A program made the position numbers and the translations under genes. This document shows, in pieces, positions 9,620 to 19,358 of a DNA stretch of 64,000 nt. The stretch comes from Candidatus Shapirobacteria bacterium (GTDB lineage Bacteria; Patescibacteriota; Microgenomatia; UBA12405). Location: positions 11,236 through 75,235 of the forward strand of contig VFLE01000055.1 in NCBI GenBank assembly GCA_009885205.1. Reading direction: 5' to 3'. Position 1 is the first letter of the stretch; each line of letters starts with the position of its first letter. Under the pieces are notes generated by a model. The model was not told where the DNA came from and made no database searches. It was given only the letters and a program-made list of their open reading frames with translations.

Positions 9620-9700
9620 GTAGAGACGCCATATATGGCGTCTCTACATGGAATCGAAAAGGCCGATTATTGGGGAGTAAACGCATCGAAACAAACATTG
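9620..9700. repeat. Composite repeat: family-A palindrome (core ccatatatgg) + 21-nt linker + conserved 32-nt tail (copy 2 of 3)
   Basis: Perfect 28-bp palindrome at 9620-9647, then attggggagtaaacgcatcgaaacaaacattg. It lies between secY and adk inside the r-protein operon. Confidence 0.85.
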
Positions 9701-9712
9701 ATAGGGAATTTT

Positions 9713-10993
9713 TTAATACGATAATTTTTCGTAATGATGCATTTGGACGACGTTTTCGATCTTACGGGTTAATTCGAGAATTACTGAGACGACGATGAGA
9801 ACACTGGTTCCACCAACAGTTAGAGAGGTGACACCAGTCATATTTTGAATTATAGATGGAACAATAGCGATGAGACCTAAAAATACAGCACCAACTAAGA
9901 CAACTCGATTTAATAAAAATTTAAGTCGATTTTCGGTGGCAATACCAGGACGGATACCGGGCATAAATCCGCCAGATTTGCGAAGCTCGTCGGCGACGTC
10001 TTTTGGTTTAAAGACCACCGAGGCATAGAAAAAAGTAAAGGCCAAGACTAATATAAAATAGAAAATAATATAAACATAACTGGTTTGGGAAAAAGTTTTG
10101 GTCAATTGAGAGGCAAATGAGGCAATGGCTGAGTTACTATTATTAACCAAGGCCTGACCTAGTAATGAGGGCAATGAAGCGAGAGAGACGGCAAAAATAA
10201 TGGGCATGACGCCGGCAACATTGACCTTCATGGGTAAATAAGTTACTTGGGCTCGTTTGGCATAATTGATGGGAATACGCAAAATGGCCTCTTCAACCAT
10301 GACTACGGCTAAAATAATACCAAAGGCCAGAGCAGCAAATAATAATATATTAAATAATGTTTCGGGATTGGAAAAATCGGATAAGGCTAAAGTTTGGAAA
10401 AGACCGACAGGTAGACGAGAAATGATACCAGCAAAGATAATAATAGAGATACCATTACCCACTCCAAAATCATTAATTAGCTCACCTAAAAATATCATAA
10501 TCATGGTTCCGGCGACCATGGAGGTGATCAGTGAGGTCATGGCGAGTATATTTAAACTGCCGATGATATTTTGAGAGTGAAGAATGCCGTACATAGCAAA
10601 AGCCTGAAAAGCGGCCAATGGAATGGTAATTATTCGGGTATATTGGTTGATTTTGGCTCGACCATACTCCCCTTCTTTTTGTAAAGCTTTTAACTCAGGG
10701 ATAACAAAAGCCAACATTTGGAGCATAATTGAGGCGTTGATGTAAGGATTTAAACCCAAAGCGGCAATAGAAAAATTGGCTAGGGTTCCGCCGGAAAATA
10801 TATCTAGCAATGATAATAGTTGATTTTGAGCAAAAAAAGATCGAAGTAAGGTAAAATTTACCCCAGGGACAGGAATATGGGCAATAAAACGAAATAAAAC
10901 TAAAATACCCAGAGTAATTAAAATTTTCTTTTTGAGAATAGGGGTTTTGAAGCCCTCAAGGTAAAGAGATAAGGATTTGACCAAATAGTTCAT
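9713..10993 (-). CDS. secY: Preprotein translocase subunit SecY
   Basis: 426 aa with 10 TM helices and conserved SecY motifs. It lies between rplO and adk. Confidence 0.9.
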   Translation of the reverse strand: MNYLVKSLSLYLEGFKTPILKKKILITLGILVLFRFIAHIPVPGVNFTLLRSFFAQNQLLSLLDIFSGGTLANFSIAALGLNPYINASIMLQMLAFVIPELKALQKEGEYGRAKINQYTRIITIPLAAFQAFAMYGILHSQNIIGSLNILAMTSLITSMVAGTMIMIFLGELINDFGVGNGISIIIFAGIISRLPVGLFQTLALSDFSNPETLFNILLFAALAFGIILAVVMVEEAILRIPINYAKRAQVTYLPMKVNVAGVMPIIFAVSLASLPSLLGQALVNNSNSAIASFASQLTKTFSQTSYVYIIFYFILVLAFTFFYASVVFKPKDVADELRKSGGFMPGIRPGIATENRLKFLLNRVVLVGAVFLGLIAIVPSIIQNMTGVTSLTVGGTSVLIVVSVILELTRKIENVVQMHHYEKLSY

Positions 10994-11424
10994 GCTTCTA
11001 TCTTAGCACGAGCAGCAGCTGACAATTTAACATCTGTAAATGTTAATTTTTTGGTTAATTTACCAGCTGACAAAATTTTGACACCGAATTTTTGACGACG
11101 AATGTCGAGTTTGGGAAATTTTTCAAAAATAGTTTTAACTGAGACTATCTCACCAGTTTTGTAGTTCTTTTCAATTTGGGCTAGGGTAATAATCTCGGGT
11201 TTTGGCAGAGCATTGGTACGATGTTTACCCCTAAGGAAAGGCAATCGCTTGATCCAACCCTTTTTGATTTTGGTGCCATCAAAGGTTAATTTGACTTTAC
11301 CTCTAACTTTGCGGCCTTTGGCACCACGACCAGTAGTATGACCACCAACGCCAGAACCAATGCCACGACCAACTCTTTTTTGGGCTTTGTCAGTTGTTTT
11401 GGTTAAATTACTTAGAGTATCCAT
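10990..11424 (-). CDS. rplO: 50S ribosomal protein L15
   Basis: [21 protein letters not shown] motif. The start is taken as the internal Met (11424), giving a 4-nt gap to rpsE. There is no rpmD (L30) between rpsE and rplO. Confidence 0.85.
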   Translation of the reverse strand: MDTLSNLTKTTDKAQKRVGRGIGSGVGGHTTGRGAKGRKVRGKVKLTFDGTKIKKGWIKRLPFLRGKHRTNALPKPEIITLAQIEKNYKTGEIVSVKTIFEKFPKLDIRRQKFGVKILSAGKLTKKLTFTDVKLSAAARAKIEA

Positions 11425-11428
11425 ATTT

Positions 11429-11905
11429 TTAGAGTGATTGTAAAGCTTTAAAAGTAGCCATGACGTTGACTGATTTATTTTTGGAGCCAATAATTTTGGA
11501 AACTATATCTTGGATACCGGCTAGTTCGACGACAGCCCGAACTGGTCCACCGGCAATGAGACCACTACCTTTTTTACCAGGACGAAGCATAATAATAGCA
11601 CCTTTGAATTTTAGGGTCATGTTCGTTGAAATAGTACCGTTGACGATGGGGATAGAAACTAAAGATTTTTGAGCTTTTTTGATAGCTTTGGCAATGGCAT
11701 CGGCCACTGATTTTGCCCTAGCATGGCCCAAACCTACACGTGACTTTTTGTCACCAGAGACGACTAAGGCAGTAAAAGAAACTTGATTGCCACCTTTGGT
11801 TTTTTTGGAAACACGTTTGATTTCCATAACCTTGTCAGTAAATTCGCTGACTGGTTTTTCAAATTTTTCAAAATGAGCTCGTTGATTGTTTTGTGATGTA
11901 TCCAT
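11429..11905 (-). CDS. rpsE: 30S ribosomal protein S5
   Basis: An S5 dsRBD plus C-terminal domain (GGPVRAVVELAGI). Confidence 0.9.
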   Translation of the reverse strand: MDTSQNNQRAHFEKFEKPVSEFTDKVMEIKRVSKKTKGGNQVSFTALVVSGDKKSRVGLGHARAKSVADAIAKAIKKAQKSLVSIPIVNGTISTNMTLKFKGAIIMLRPGKKGSGLIAGGPVRAVVELAGIQDIVSKIIGSKNKSVNVMATFKALQSL

Positions 11906-11910
11906 ATTTT

Positions 11911-12258
11911 TTAAAATTTTAGTCCACCCTGACGGGCAGCATCGGCTAACGCTTTGACACGACCATGATAACGATATGGTCCACGGTCAAATCTTAAATG
12001 GGAAAGTTTTTGGGTGAGAGCGAGTTTGGCAATGGCGGTACCGACGGCAGTAGCCTGTTCCATTTTGGTGCCTTTGATTAATTTTAAAGTTTTAGTAGAA
12101 GTGGAAGCTAAAGTTTTGCCATGTTTATCATCAATTATTTGAACCCAAATATGACAATTTGATCTAAAAACTGTCAAACGAGGGACACCTAAATTTTGAG
12201 CGATTTTAGATCTAACTCGATTTTGACGTCGTAATTTAGTGTTGTGAATAATTGACAT
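11911..12258 (-). CDS. rplR: 50S ribosomal protein L18
   Basis: 115 aa. RLTVFRSNCHIWVQIIDD...RFDRGPYRYHGRVKALADAARQGGLKF. Confidence 0.9.
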   Translation of the reverse strand: MSIIHNTKLRRQNRVRSKIAQNLGVPRLTVFRSNCHIWVQIIDDKHGKTLASTSTKTLKLIKGTKMEQATAVGTAIAKLALTQKLSHLRFDRGPYRYHGRVKALADAARQGGLKF

Positions 12259-12262
12259 AGGT

Positions 12263-12802
12263 TTAAGCTTTGGCGGTTTTACCGGCTTTTAATTTTATAA
12301 ATTCGTTTAAATAACGGATACCTTTGCCTTTATACGGTTCGGGTGGTCTAATTTTGCGAATATTGGAAGCGACTTGACCAACAACTGTTTTATCGATTCC
12401 GGCAACAGTAATTTTGGTATCATCGGTGACGGTAAAAACGACATCTTGAGGGGCGGTGACAAAAACAGGATGAATAAATCCAGCAATAACGGTTAACTTG
12501 TCGCCATTAACTGAAGCTTTGTAACCAGTACCGCGGACTTCGAGCTCTTTTTGCCAACCAGTAACGACACCAATAATCATGTTGTTAATGTGAGCCCGAA
12601 TAGCACCATGGTTAGAACGGGTTTTTTTGTCTTCTGATGATCGGCTAACAGTCAAAATATTTTTGGCAACTACAACTTCAATTCGAGCAGGTAAATTTTG
12701 GATCAAAGTACCTTTGGGACCAGTGACAGTGACAACAGATTTGTCAATGGTGATGGTGACATTTTCGGGAATAGTGATTAATTGACGGCCAATTCTTGAC
12801 AT
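12263..12802 (-). CDS. rplF: 50S ribosomal protein L6
   Basis: MSRIGRQLITIP start (internal Met of the track ORF) with two L6 alpha/beta repeats. Confidence 0.9.
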   Translation of the reverse strand: MSRIGRQLITIPENVTITIDKSVVTVTGPKGTLIQNLPARIEVVVAKNILTVSRSSEDKKTRSNHGAIRAHINNMIIGVVTGWQKELEVRGTGYKASVNGDKLTVIAGFIHPVFVTAPQDVVFTVTDDTKITVAGIDKTVVGQVASNIRKIRPPEPYKGKGIRYLNEFIKLKAGKTAKA

Positions 12803-12806
12803 ATAT

Positions 12807-13175
12807 TTACCAAATTTGGGCGATAAGTTCACCCCCAACTTTTTTGGCGACTGCTTCACGTTGAGACAGAAGACCAGATGAGGTGGAAATAATAATTAAA
12901 GATTTGCTAGATTTTCCCCAGGGAATATTGTGAGAATTAACATAAAGATGACGACCGGGTTTGGATAATATTTCGACATCATTGACAACTGGATTTGAAA
13001 TGGTGATTTTATGTGTCTTTGAATCGGCCGAAAAATCGGAAATAAATCCATGTTTTTTTAATTTGGCACAAATATCACGGGAAAAACTGGAGTCGATAGC
13101 CACAAAAGATTGGCGTTTGCTCAAAGAAGCATTTTTGACCCTAATTAATAAATCGCAGTATAAAGAGTTCATCAT
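12807..13175 (-). CDS. rpsH: 30S ribosomal protein S8
   Basis: 122 aa. N-terminal DLLIRVKNA and C-terminal SQREAVAKKVGGELIAQIW. Confidence 0.9.
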   Translation of the reverse strand: MMNSLYCDLLIRVKNASLSKRQSFVAIDSSFSRDICAKLKKHGFISDFSADSKTHKITISNPVVNDVEILSKPGRHLYVNSHNIPWGKSSKSLIIISTSSGLLSQREAVAKKVGGELIAQIW

Positions 13176-13180
13176 ATATT

Positions 13181-13366
13181 TTACCAGCTGGCTCGGCTGA
13201 CACCAGGCAACATGCCAGTGTTGGCTAATTTTCTAAAACATAAACGACATAAACCAAAGGCGCGGATAAAGGCGCGAGGACGACCACAAACATTGCAGCG
13301 ATTGTGATGACGGTTTGAGAAGCGTAGTTTTTTTGTTTCTCGATATATTTTTGCAGTTGTGGCCAT
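13181..13366 (-). CDS. rpsN: 30S ribosomal protein S14, Zn-binding type Z (61 aa)
   Basis: CNVCGRPRAF...CRLCFRKLA, the C4 short form. Confidence 0.9.
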   Translation of the reverse strand: MATTAKIYRETKKLRFSNRHHNRCNVCGRPRAFIRAFGLCRLCFRKLANTGMLPGVSRASW

Positions 13367-13373
13367 ATAATTT

Positions 13374-13907
13374 TTATTCTTTTACAAATGGAAAACCTAG
13401 GGTGGATAATAACATTTTTGAATCGTCTATTGAAGAGGCAGATATGTTTAGGGTAACTTCAACACCCCGAATAGTACCAACAGCGTCGAGGTCAACTTCG
13501 GGAAAGTAAGTTTGATCACGAATAGTGAGACTATAATTTCCCTGACCATCAAATGAGGTAAGAGGTAAGCCTTTAAAATCACGTAGCCGAGGTAAAACTA
13601 AATTAAAAAGTTTGTCAACAAAATTGTACATACGAACACCACGAAGAGTGACTTTTAAAGCTAATGGATCATTCTCACGTAATTTAAAAGTTGAAACAGA
13701 TTTTTTGGATAAACGTAATGATGGTTTTTGACCAGTAATAGCGATTATTTCTTTTTCGGCCTTGGCTAGAGCTTCTTTGCTTTCACGGGCCTCAGCTACG
13801 CGATAATTGATGACGACTTTATTTAATTTTGGCAAGGAAAAAATGTTGCGTTTTTTACCAAATTTTTCGATTAATAATTTATTAATTTCGGTGGGAGTGT
13901 AGATCAT
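13374..13907 (-). CDS. rplE: 50S ribosomal protein L5
   Basis: 177 aa. LNKVVINYRVAEA and an L5 C-terminal domain. Confidence 0.9.
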   Translation of the reverse strand: MIYTPTEINKLLIEKFGKKRNIFSLPKLNKVVINYRVAEARESKEALAKAEKEIIAITGQKPSLRLSKKSVSTFKLRENDPLALKVTLRGVRMYNFVDKLFNLVLPRLRDFKGLPLTSFDGQGNYSLTIRDQTYFPEVDLDAVGTIRGVEVTLNISASSIDDSKMLLSTLGFPFVKE

Positions 13908-13910
13908 ATA

Positions 13911-14228
13911 TTATTTTTTAGATATTAAGGGAGCTTGGCATTTTTTGCAAATGCGGGTTTTGACACCATTTTTATCAACATTGTAACCGACACGAACAGT
14001 TTTGGAACAAGAGGGACAAACGAGAGCAACTTTGGAAACTAAAAGCGATCTTTCTTTTTCAACAATTCCACCTTTTTGACCATTTTGAGGTTTAACATGT
14101 TTTTTGAAAATGTTTAAACCCTTGACAACTATTTTTAATGTTTTGGGGAATGACATGATAACTTCACCTGTACGCCCTTTGTCTTTGCCTAAGAGTATTT
14201 TGACTTGATCACCTTTTAAAATTTTCAT
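13911..14228 (-). CDS. rplX: 50S ribosomal protein L24 with a C-terminal C4 zinc knuckle
   Basis: A KOW motif (KGDQVKILLGKDKGRTGEV) and C-terminal CPSC...CKKC. The start is taken as the internal Met MKILKGD. Confidence 0.85.
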   Translation of the reverse strand: MKILKGDQVKILLGKDKGRTGEVIMSFPKTLKIVVKGLNIFKKHVKPQNGQKGGIVEKERSLLVSKVALVCPSCSKTVRVGYNVDKNGVKTRICKKCQAPLISKK

Positions 14229-14235
14229 ATTATTT

Positions 14236-14604
14236 TTAATAAACTTCCTTGGCCATGGAGGCAATTTTACTAAATCCTAAATCTTTGATTTCGCGGGCAA
14301 TAGGGCCAAAAATACGAGTTCCTCGTGGATTTTTTTGGGTATCAATAATAACCCCGGCGTTATCGGAAAATCGAATATAAGAACCGTCGGTCCGGCCAAT
14401 TTCTTTGCGAGTACGAACAATAACAACTTTGACTTTTTCTTTCTTTTTGACTAAACCGTTGGGAAGAGCTTCTTTGACGACACCCAAAACTATATCGCCA
14501 ATAGTGGCTGATTTGTGTTTTGAACCAGTGTAAATATGCATCACCATTAGAGACTTGGCCCCACAGTTGTCGGCTGGCTTGATGATGGAACGAAGTTGTA
14601 ACAT
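14236..14604 (-). CDS. rplN: 50S ribosomal protein L14
   Basis: 122 aa. MLQLRSIIKPADNCGAK... Confidence 0.9.
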   Translation of the reverse strand: MLQLRSIIKPADNCGAKSLMVMHIYTGSKHKSATIGDIVLGVVKEALPNGLVKKKEKVKVVIVRTRKEIGRTDGSYIRFSDNAGVIIDTQKNPRGTRIFGPIAREIKDLGFSKIASMAKEVY

Positions 14605-14605
14605 A

Positions 14606-14869
14606 TTATTTTTTAATTATTGATACGGTTGTAAATCTTTTTAAATGAGAAAGTGGTTTAACTTCTCGAGCTTTGATTGTATCACCAATTACGGCCTTTA
14701 GGTTATTATCAACGTAAATTTTTTTGGATCGTTTGACTGTTTTTTTGTAAAGTGGATGTTGAAATTTGTAATCCATTTTGACAACGATAGTCCCCTGCAT
14801 TTTGTCAGAAACAACTGTTCCGGTAAATATTTTGCCAGTAATGGTATTGGTTTTATTTTTTATAGTCAT
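14606..14869 (-). CDS. rpsQ: 30S ribosomal protein S17
   Basis: 87 aa OB-fold. GTVVSDKMQGTIVVKMDYKFQHPLYKK. Confidence 0.9.
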   Translation of the reverse strand: MTIKNKTNTITGKIFTGTVVSDKMQGTIVVKMDYKFQHPLYKKTVKRSKKIYVDNNLKAVIGDTIKAREVKPLSHLKRFTTVSIIKK

Positions 14870-15039
14870 TATTTTGTTTTTGCCAAACTAGTAGAGAGAG
14901 TAGCAATTTCGCGACGTAATTTTCTAAAAACAGAAGTGTCTTTAAGATTACCTAAGAATTGTTTGGATTTTGCTTCGACTATTTCCTTTCTTTTGGTTAA
15001 AATAAGCGATAGTGTGTCTATTTTATCATTTTTTTTCAT
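14869..15039 (-). CDS. rpmC: 50S ribosomal protein L29
   Basis: Hand translation gives the 56-aa product MKKNDKIDTLSLILTKRKEIVEAKSKQFLGNLKDTSVFRKLRREIATLSTSLAKTK. A TAATG stop/start overlap joins it to rpsQ. It is below the ORF-track cutoff. Confidence 0.8.
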   Translation of the reverse strand: MKKNDKIDTLSLILTKRKEIVEAKSKQFLGNLKDTSVFRKLRREIATLSTSLAKTK

Positions 15040-15042
15040 AAA

Positions 15043-15444
15043 TTAAAGTTTTTTGACGAACCTAGTAACACAAGGGAGTTTGGCACCAGCCAAGCGAAGG
15101 GCTTCACGAGCTTCTGGCTCAGTAATACCGGTAACTTCGAATAAAATACGACCTGGTTTGACAACCGCAACATAACCTTTGACATCACCCTTGCCAGCAC
15201 CCATGGTGCCTTCGCCTTTTTTGGTAAAGGGTTTGTCAGGAAAGATACGAATCCACATTCGACCGGCTCGTTTAGTGGAATGGGCAATGGAGCGCCGCGC
15301 CGATTCGATTTGATTGCTGGTTACCCAGCTACATTCCATGGCTTTGAGACCGTATTCACCAAATTCGACAAGATTGCCGGCAGATTTGCCGTGCATATTG
15401 CCACGAAAGGCTTTTCTAAATTTGGTACGACTTGGTTGTAACAT
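15043..15444 (-). CDS. rplP: 50S ribosomal protein L16
   Basis: 133 aa. MLQPSRTKFRKAFRGNMHG... Confidence 0.9.
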   Translation of the reverse strand: MLQPSRTKFRKAFRGNMHGKSAGNLVEFGEYGLKAMECSWVTSNQIESARRSIAHSTKRAGRMWIRIFPDKPFTKKGEGTMGAGKGDVKGYVAVVKPGRILFEVTGITEPEAREALRLAGAKLPCVTRFVKKL

Positions 15445-15520
15445 ATAATTTAATTTTTAATTTAAAATTTTTAATTTTTAATCAATTTATAATTTTTAAT
15501 TTATAAATTAATAAAAAAAA

Positions 15521-16162
15521 TTAAGCAAGGCATAAATAAACTTTAATACCGATATAGCCAGATCGGGTTAGACATGGGGTTTCAAAATAATCGATGTGTG
15601 ATTTTATGGTAGATAGGGGGACAGTTCCCTTGGAAAATTTTTCACGACGAGAAATTTCGGCACCGTTAATACGACCAGAAAGAACAACTTTAATGCCCTT
15701 GGCCCCAGCATTCATGGTTTTTTCGATAGCAGAAAGAACAGCCCGACGATAAGGCATACGCTTGGCCAATTGAAAAGAAATTTTTTCGGCGACTAATTTG
15801 GCGGAAAAATCGACATTACGAAATTCTTCGACCTGAATATCAATTGATATTTTGGCACTCGATTTGGTTAATAATTTTTGGATATCTTTTTTGAGAGTTT
15901 CTAGCTCTTTGCCCCCTCGACCGATGACTAGACCAGGACGGGAAACAACTAATATAATTTTAATTTTTTTGACTGATCGCTCGATACGAATAGTGACTAC
16001 CCCTGCCGAAGCTAATTTTGTTTGGACAAATTCGCGAATACGTTTGTCTTCCATTAAAAGAATGGGGTATTTCTTTTTGTCGGCATACCAGGATGAATTC
16101 CAGTCAGGAGCGTTGACCGAGGTTTTTAATCTAAAGGCTAGTGGATTAATTTTTTGACCCAT
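15521..16162 (-). CDS. rpsC: 30S ribosomal protein S3
   Basis: MGQKINPLAFRL N-terminus and a KH domain. Confidence 0.9.
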   Translation of the reverse strand: MGQKINPLAFRLKTSVNAPDWNSSWYADKKKYPILLMEDKRIREFVQTKLASAGVVTIRIERSVKKIKIILVVSRPGLVIGRGGKELETLKKDIQKLLTKSSAKISIDIQVEEFRNVDFSAKLVAEKISFQLAKRMPYRRAVLSAIEKTMNAGAKGIKVVLSGRINGAEISRREKFSKGTVPLSTIKSHIDYFETPCLTRSGYIGIKVYLCLA

Positions 16163-16165
16163 ATT

Positions 16166-16540
16166 TTATTGTTTAATTTGGCCTTTGACCACCATATTGA
16201 GGCGGCTGTGGCGACGGATAATAATACCACGAGCAAAGCGAGAACCATGAGATTTGTCGGTTCTTTTGGTTTTTGGACCTTCGTTGACTAAAAATGAGCC
16301 AAAGATTAAGGTTTCGGGAATTAAATTATAATTATTTTTGGCGGTAGCGATGGCGGTTTGAATGGCTTTGGTTAGAACGCGAGCTGATTTGGTGTTGGTA
16401 AACTTTAGCTTTGACAAAGCAGAGATAACGGGAAGTTTTTTGATGGTTTCAACCAAAAGGCGTAATTTGCGAGGAGAAATCTGGATGTTTTTATCGGTAT
16501 AGATAGATTGGCCGGTAGTGAGAGTTGGTGTGGTGGTCAT
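16166..16540 (-). CDS. rplV: 50S ribosomal protein L22
   Basis: ISPRKLRLLVETIKKLPV and an L22 beta-hairpin region. Confidence 0.9.
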   Translation of the reverse strand: MTTTPTLTTGQSIYTDKNIQISPRKLRLLVETIKKLPVISALSKLKFTNTKSARVLTKAIQTAIATAKNNYNLIPETLIFGSFLVNEGPKTKRTDKSHGSRFARGIIIRRHSRLNMVVKGQIKQ

Positions 16541-16545
16541 ATATT

Positions 16546-16815
16546 TTAGGTTTTTTCAATAACACGTTTAACAATACGACCATGACCTTTGAAGGTTCTA
16601 GTTAAAGAGAATTCCCCCAAACGGTGACCGACCATGTCTTCGGTAATAAAGACGTTAATAAACTTTTTGCCATTGTGAACACCAAAATTTTTGCCGACAA
16701 ACTCGGGAGGGATTTGACAGTTACGAGAATAGGTGTTGACGACACCAGTGGTTTTGGTAACTTTTTCAAGTAGTCGAGGATCGATATATGGACCTTTTTT
16801 GCTTGATCTTGACAT
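16546..16815 (-). CDS. rpsS: 30S ribosomal protein S19
   Basis: 89 aa. [16 protein letters not shown]...[16 protein letters not shown]. Confidence 0.9.
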   Translation of the reverse strand: MSRSSKKGPYIDPRLLEKVTKTTGVVNTYSRNCQIPPEFVGKNFGVHNGKKFINVFITEDMVGHRLGEFSLTRTFKGHGRIVKRVIEKT

Positions 16816-16816
16816 A

Positions 16817-17560
16817 TTATTTGGTACGATGCTTAACGATTAAACGATTAGATTTGTTTTTGCGTTTACGAGTCTTTTTGCCCATAGCGGGTTTGCCCCA
16901 AGGAGTTTTGGGGTTCATACCAATACTAGATCGGCCTTCACCACCTCCATGAGGATGCGAGTGAGGATTTTGAGCCACACCCCGAACACTAGGACGAATA
17001 CCGCGATGACGGGAATCACCAGCTTTGGTTAATTTTTGATTAGAGTGATCGGCGTTACTTAACTGACCAATAGTGGCGGTACATAAGGCAGAAAATAATC
17101 GAAGTTCGCCGGAAGGGAGCTTGACCGTAACTTTTTGATCGTCAATACTTTGAATATAGGCCGCCGAACCGGCAGACTTGACAAGTTGGGCCTTGGAACC
17201 AGGGCGAAATTCAAGGTTGTGGATAGCCATACCAACGGGAATCTGACCTAAAGGTAATTTATTACCTTCTTTAATTGGGGCGGTAACGGAATAAACAACT
17301 TTGTCACCAATTTTCATGTTGACAGTGGCTAAAATGTAATTTTTAGTCCCATCGACATAGGTTAAGCAAGCAATATCGACAGTACGATTTGGATCGTATT
17401 GAATGTCGGTAACTTTGGCAACAATGTCAAGTTTTGATCTTTGGGAATCAATTAAACGAATAAATCGTTTATGTTCGCCGCCACGATGGCGAACAGAAAC
17501 ATGACCCTGAGAATCACGGCCTGATCGTTTCTTTTTGATTTTTAATAATTTACTTTTCAT
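16817..17560 (-). CDS. rplB: 50S ribosomal protein L2
   Basis: 247 aa with a C-terminal [10 protein letters not shown]...HPHGGGEG motif. Confidence 0.9.
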   Translation of the reverse strand: MKSKLLKIKKKRSGRDSQGHVSVRHRGGEHKRFIRLIDSQRSKLDIVAKVTDIQYDPNRTVDIACLTYVDGTKNYILATVNMKIGDKVVYSVTAPIKEGNKLPLGQIPVGMAIHNLEFRPGSKAQLVKSAGSAAYIQSIDDQKVTVKLPSGELRLFSALCTATIGQLSNADHSNQKLTKAGDSRHRGIRPSVRGVAQNPHSHPHGGGEGRSSIGMNPKTPWGKPAMGKKTRKRKNKSNRLIVKHRTK

Positions 17561-17837
17561 TTTTGAGAGTTAACATATCAATTTTTTGATCTTTGCCAAC
17601 AGTGATAATGGCTTTTTTGATATCGGGTTTATTGATTGGTCGACGATTTTTCCAATTGGTTTTGACTTTACCCTTAATAGTGACAGTATTGACAGCTAGA
17701 GGGGTAATACCAAAAACTTTTTTAAATTCGCTAGCAATTTGATCTTTATTGGTATTTTTATCAACAACAAAGGTATATTTCCCCAAAGATTGGGTATATA
17801 TGGCTTTTTCAGAAATAATGGGTTTTTTGAGTGACAT
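17550..17837 (-). CDS. rplW: 50S ribosomal protein L23
   Basis: 95 aa. IISEKAIYTQSLGKYTFVVDKNTNKDQI. Confidence 0.9.
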   Translation of the reverse strand: MSLKKPIISEKAIYTQSLGKYTFVVDKNTNKDQIASEFKKVFGITPLAVNTVTIKGKVKTNWKNRRPINKPDIKKAIITVGKDQKIDMLTLKNEK

Positions 17838-18473
17838 TTATTTGCTTAGTTTATTAATTGATTTTTTGGTAAATATCAAAAAATTTTGACAAGACAGATT
17901 ATAAGGGTTTAGGGATGATAAAGAAAGGAGGTTGATTCCGGGAATATTGCTAAAAGCACGTTTGATTGATGGAGTTGGTTTAGAAATTACTAAACCAATT
18001 TTTTTTGATTTAGATAATTGCTCGTTTTGTTTTTCTAGTTTATCGATCAAAGCAAAAGCCGATTTGGTTTTTGGAGTAATGGCACTTAATTTTTCGATAG
18101 CAATAATGGCCGAATTTTTGGCAAATTTTGAATAAATAGTTTTTAAAGCAGCAATTTTCATGCTCTTGGTTAATTTTAGTTTGTAGTTTTGGTTACCTCG
18201 GGGACCATGGGCACTACCACCACCAACAAACTGTGGAGCTTTGGCAGTTGAATGACGGGCATTACCTGTACCTTTTTGGGCATACATTTTTTTGGTAGTA
18301 CCAGCGACTTCACCGCGGTGCTTGGCTTTGGCATGGGCGGAGCGCAAATTACTTTGAGCGACACGAATAGCCTGGGCCAATAACTTGTCATTAATCTTGG
18401 CTTCAAATAAAGACTTGGGTAAATTAATAGTTCCAGTTTTTTTACCTTCAATATTGTAAAGATCGGCTGTCAT
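17838..18473 (-). CDS. rplD: 50S ribosomal protein L4
   Basis: 211 aa. L4 signature KKMYAQKGTGNARHSTAKAPQFVGGG. Confidence 0.9.
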   Translation of the reverse strand: MTADLYNIEGKKTGTINLPKSLFEAKINDKLLAQAIRVAQSNLRSAHAKAKHRGEVAGTTKKMYAQKGTGNARHSTAKAPQFVGGGSAHGPRGNQNYKLKLTKSMKIAALKTIYSKFAKNSAIIAIEKLSAITPKTKSAFALIDKLEKQNEQLSKSKKIGLVISKPTPSIKRAFSNIPGINLLSLSSLNPYNLSCQNFLIFTKKSINKLSK

Positions 18474-18474
18474 A

Positions 18475-19032
18475 TTATTTGGTAATGGTGACCCAAGAAT
18501 TAAGATGGCCGGGGACCGAGCCGCTAACGTAGATTAGATTTTTGACAGTGTCTAAAGATACAATTTTTAGGTGAGTTACGGTCATATTTTTGTTGCCGTA
18601 ATGACCTGGCATTTTTTTACCACGAATAACCTTGCCTGGGGTTTGAGCACCAATGGCACCGGGTGCTCGGACACGATCAGATTGACCACCAGAAACTGGT
18701 TGACGACGAAAACCGTGACGTTTGATAACTCCGGCAAAACCATGACCTTTGGTCTTAGCAGTGACAGAAACATCGTCATTTATGGCAAAAACTAATTCTG
18801 GAGTAATCTCGGAATTGACCTCGGGTAGAGATTCTAAATTTACAGGAGCAAACTCGACATGGCCTTTGACACCATAAGCGATTTGAACTGCATCATAACC
18901 ATCACGAAGTTTATTGCGAAGTAGAGAGACCTTAACTGGTTTGGCATAGAGAGCAGTGACGGCAATTCTTTGACCTTTATCGTTGTAGATATTAGACATT
19001 GATTTTTTTTGAGCAATATATCCAGAAATCAT
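18475..19032 (-). CDS. rplC: 50S ribosomal protein L3
   Basis: 185 aa. TKGHGFAGVIKRHGF... Confidence 0.9.
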   Translation of the reverse strand: MISGYIAQKKSMSNIYNDKGQRIAVTALYAKPVKVSLLRNKLRDGYDAVQIAYGVKGHVEFAPVNLESLPEVNSEITPELVFAINDDVSVTAKTKGHGFAGVIKRHGFRRQPVSGGQSDRVRAPGAIGAQTPGKVIRGKKMPGHYGNKNMTVTHLKIVSLDTVKNLIYVSGSVPGHLNSWVTITK

Positions 19033-19040
19033 AGGTAGGT

Positions 19041-19355
19041 TTACATTTTAACTTCGACATCAACTCCGGAGGGTAAATCCAAATGCTGAAGGCTATCAAC
19101 AGTGCGAAGAGAAGCACTAAAAACATCAATTAAGCGTTTGTGGGTCAAAATTTGATAATGATCACGAGCGTTCTTGTCACCATGAGGTGAGGTTAAAACA
19201 GTAATAATTTTACGATTAGTAGGTAGTGGAATTGGACCTTGAACCGAAGCACCAGCAGTAACCGCAGCTTGGACTATCTTGACCGCCGCCTCGTCAATGA
19301 GGCGGTGGTCAAAAGATTTGAGTCTGATTCTAATACGAGTACCTTTGGTGGCCAT
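19041..19355 (-). CDS. rpsJ: 30S ribosomal protein S10
   Basis: 104 aa. IRIRLKSFDHRLIDEAAVKIV... Confidence 0.9.
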   Translation of the reverse strand: MATKGTRIRIRLKSFDHRLIDEAAVKIVQAAVTAGASVQGPIPLPTNRKIITVLTSPHGDKNARDHYQILTHKRLIDVFSASLRTVDSLQHLDLPSGVDVEVKM

Positions 19356-19358
19356 TTT

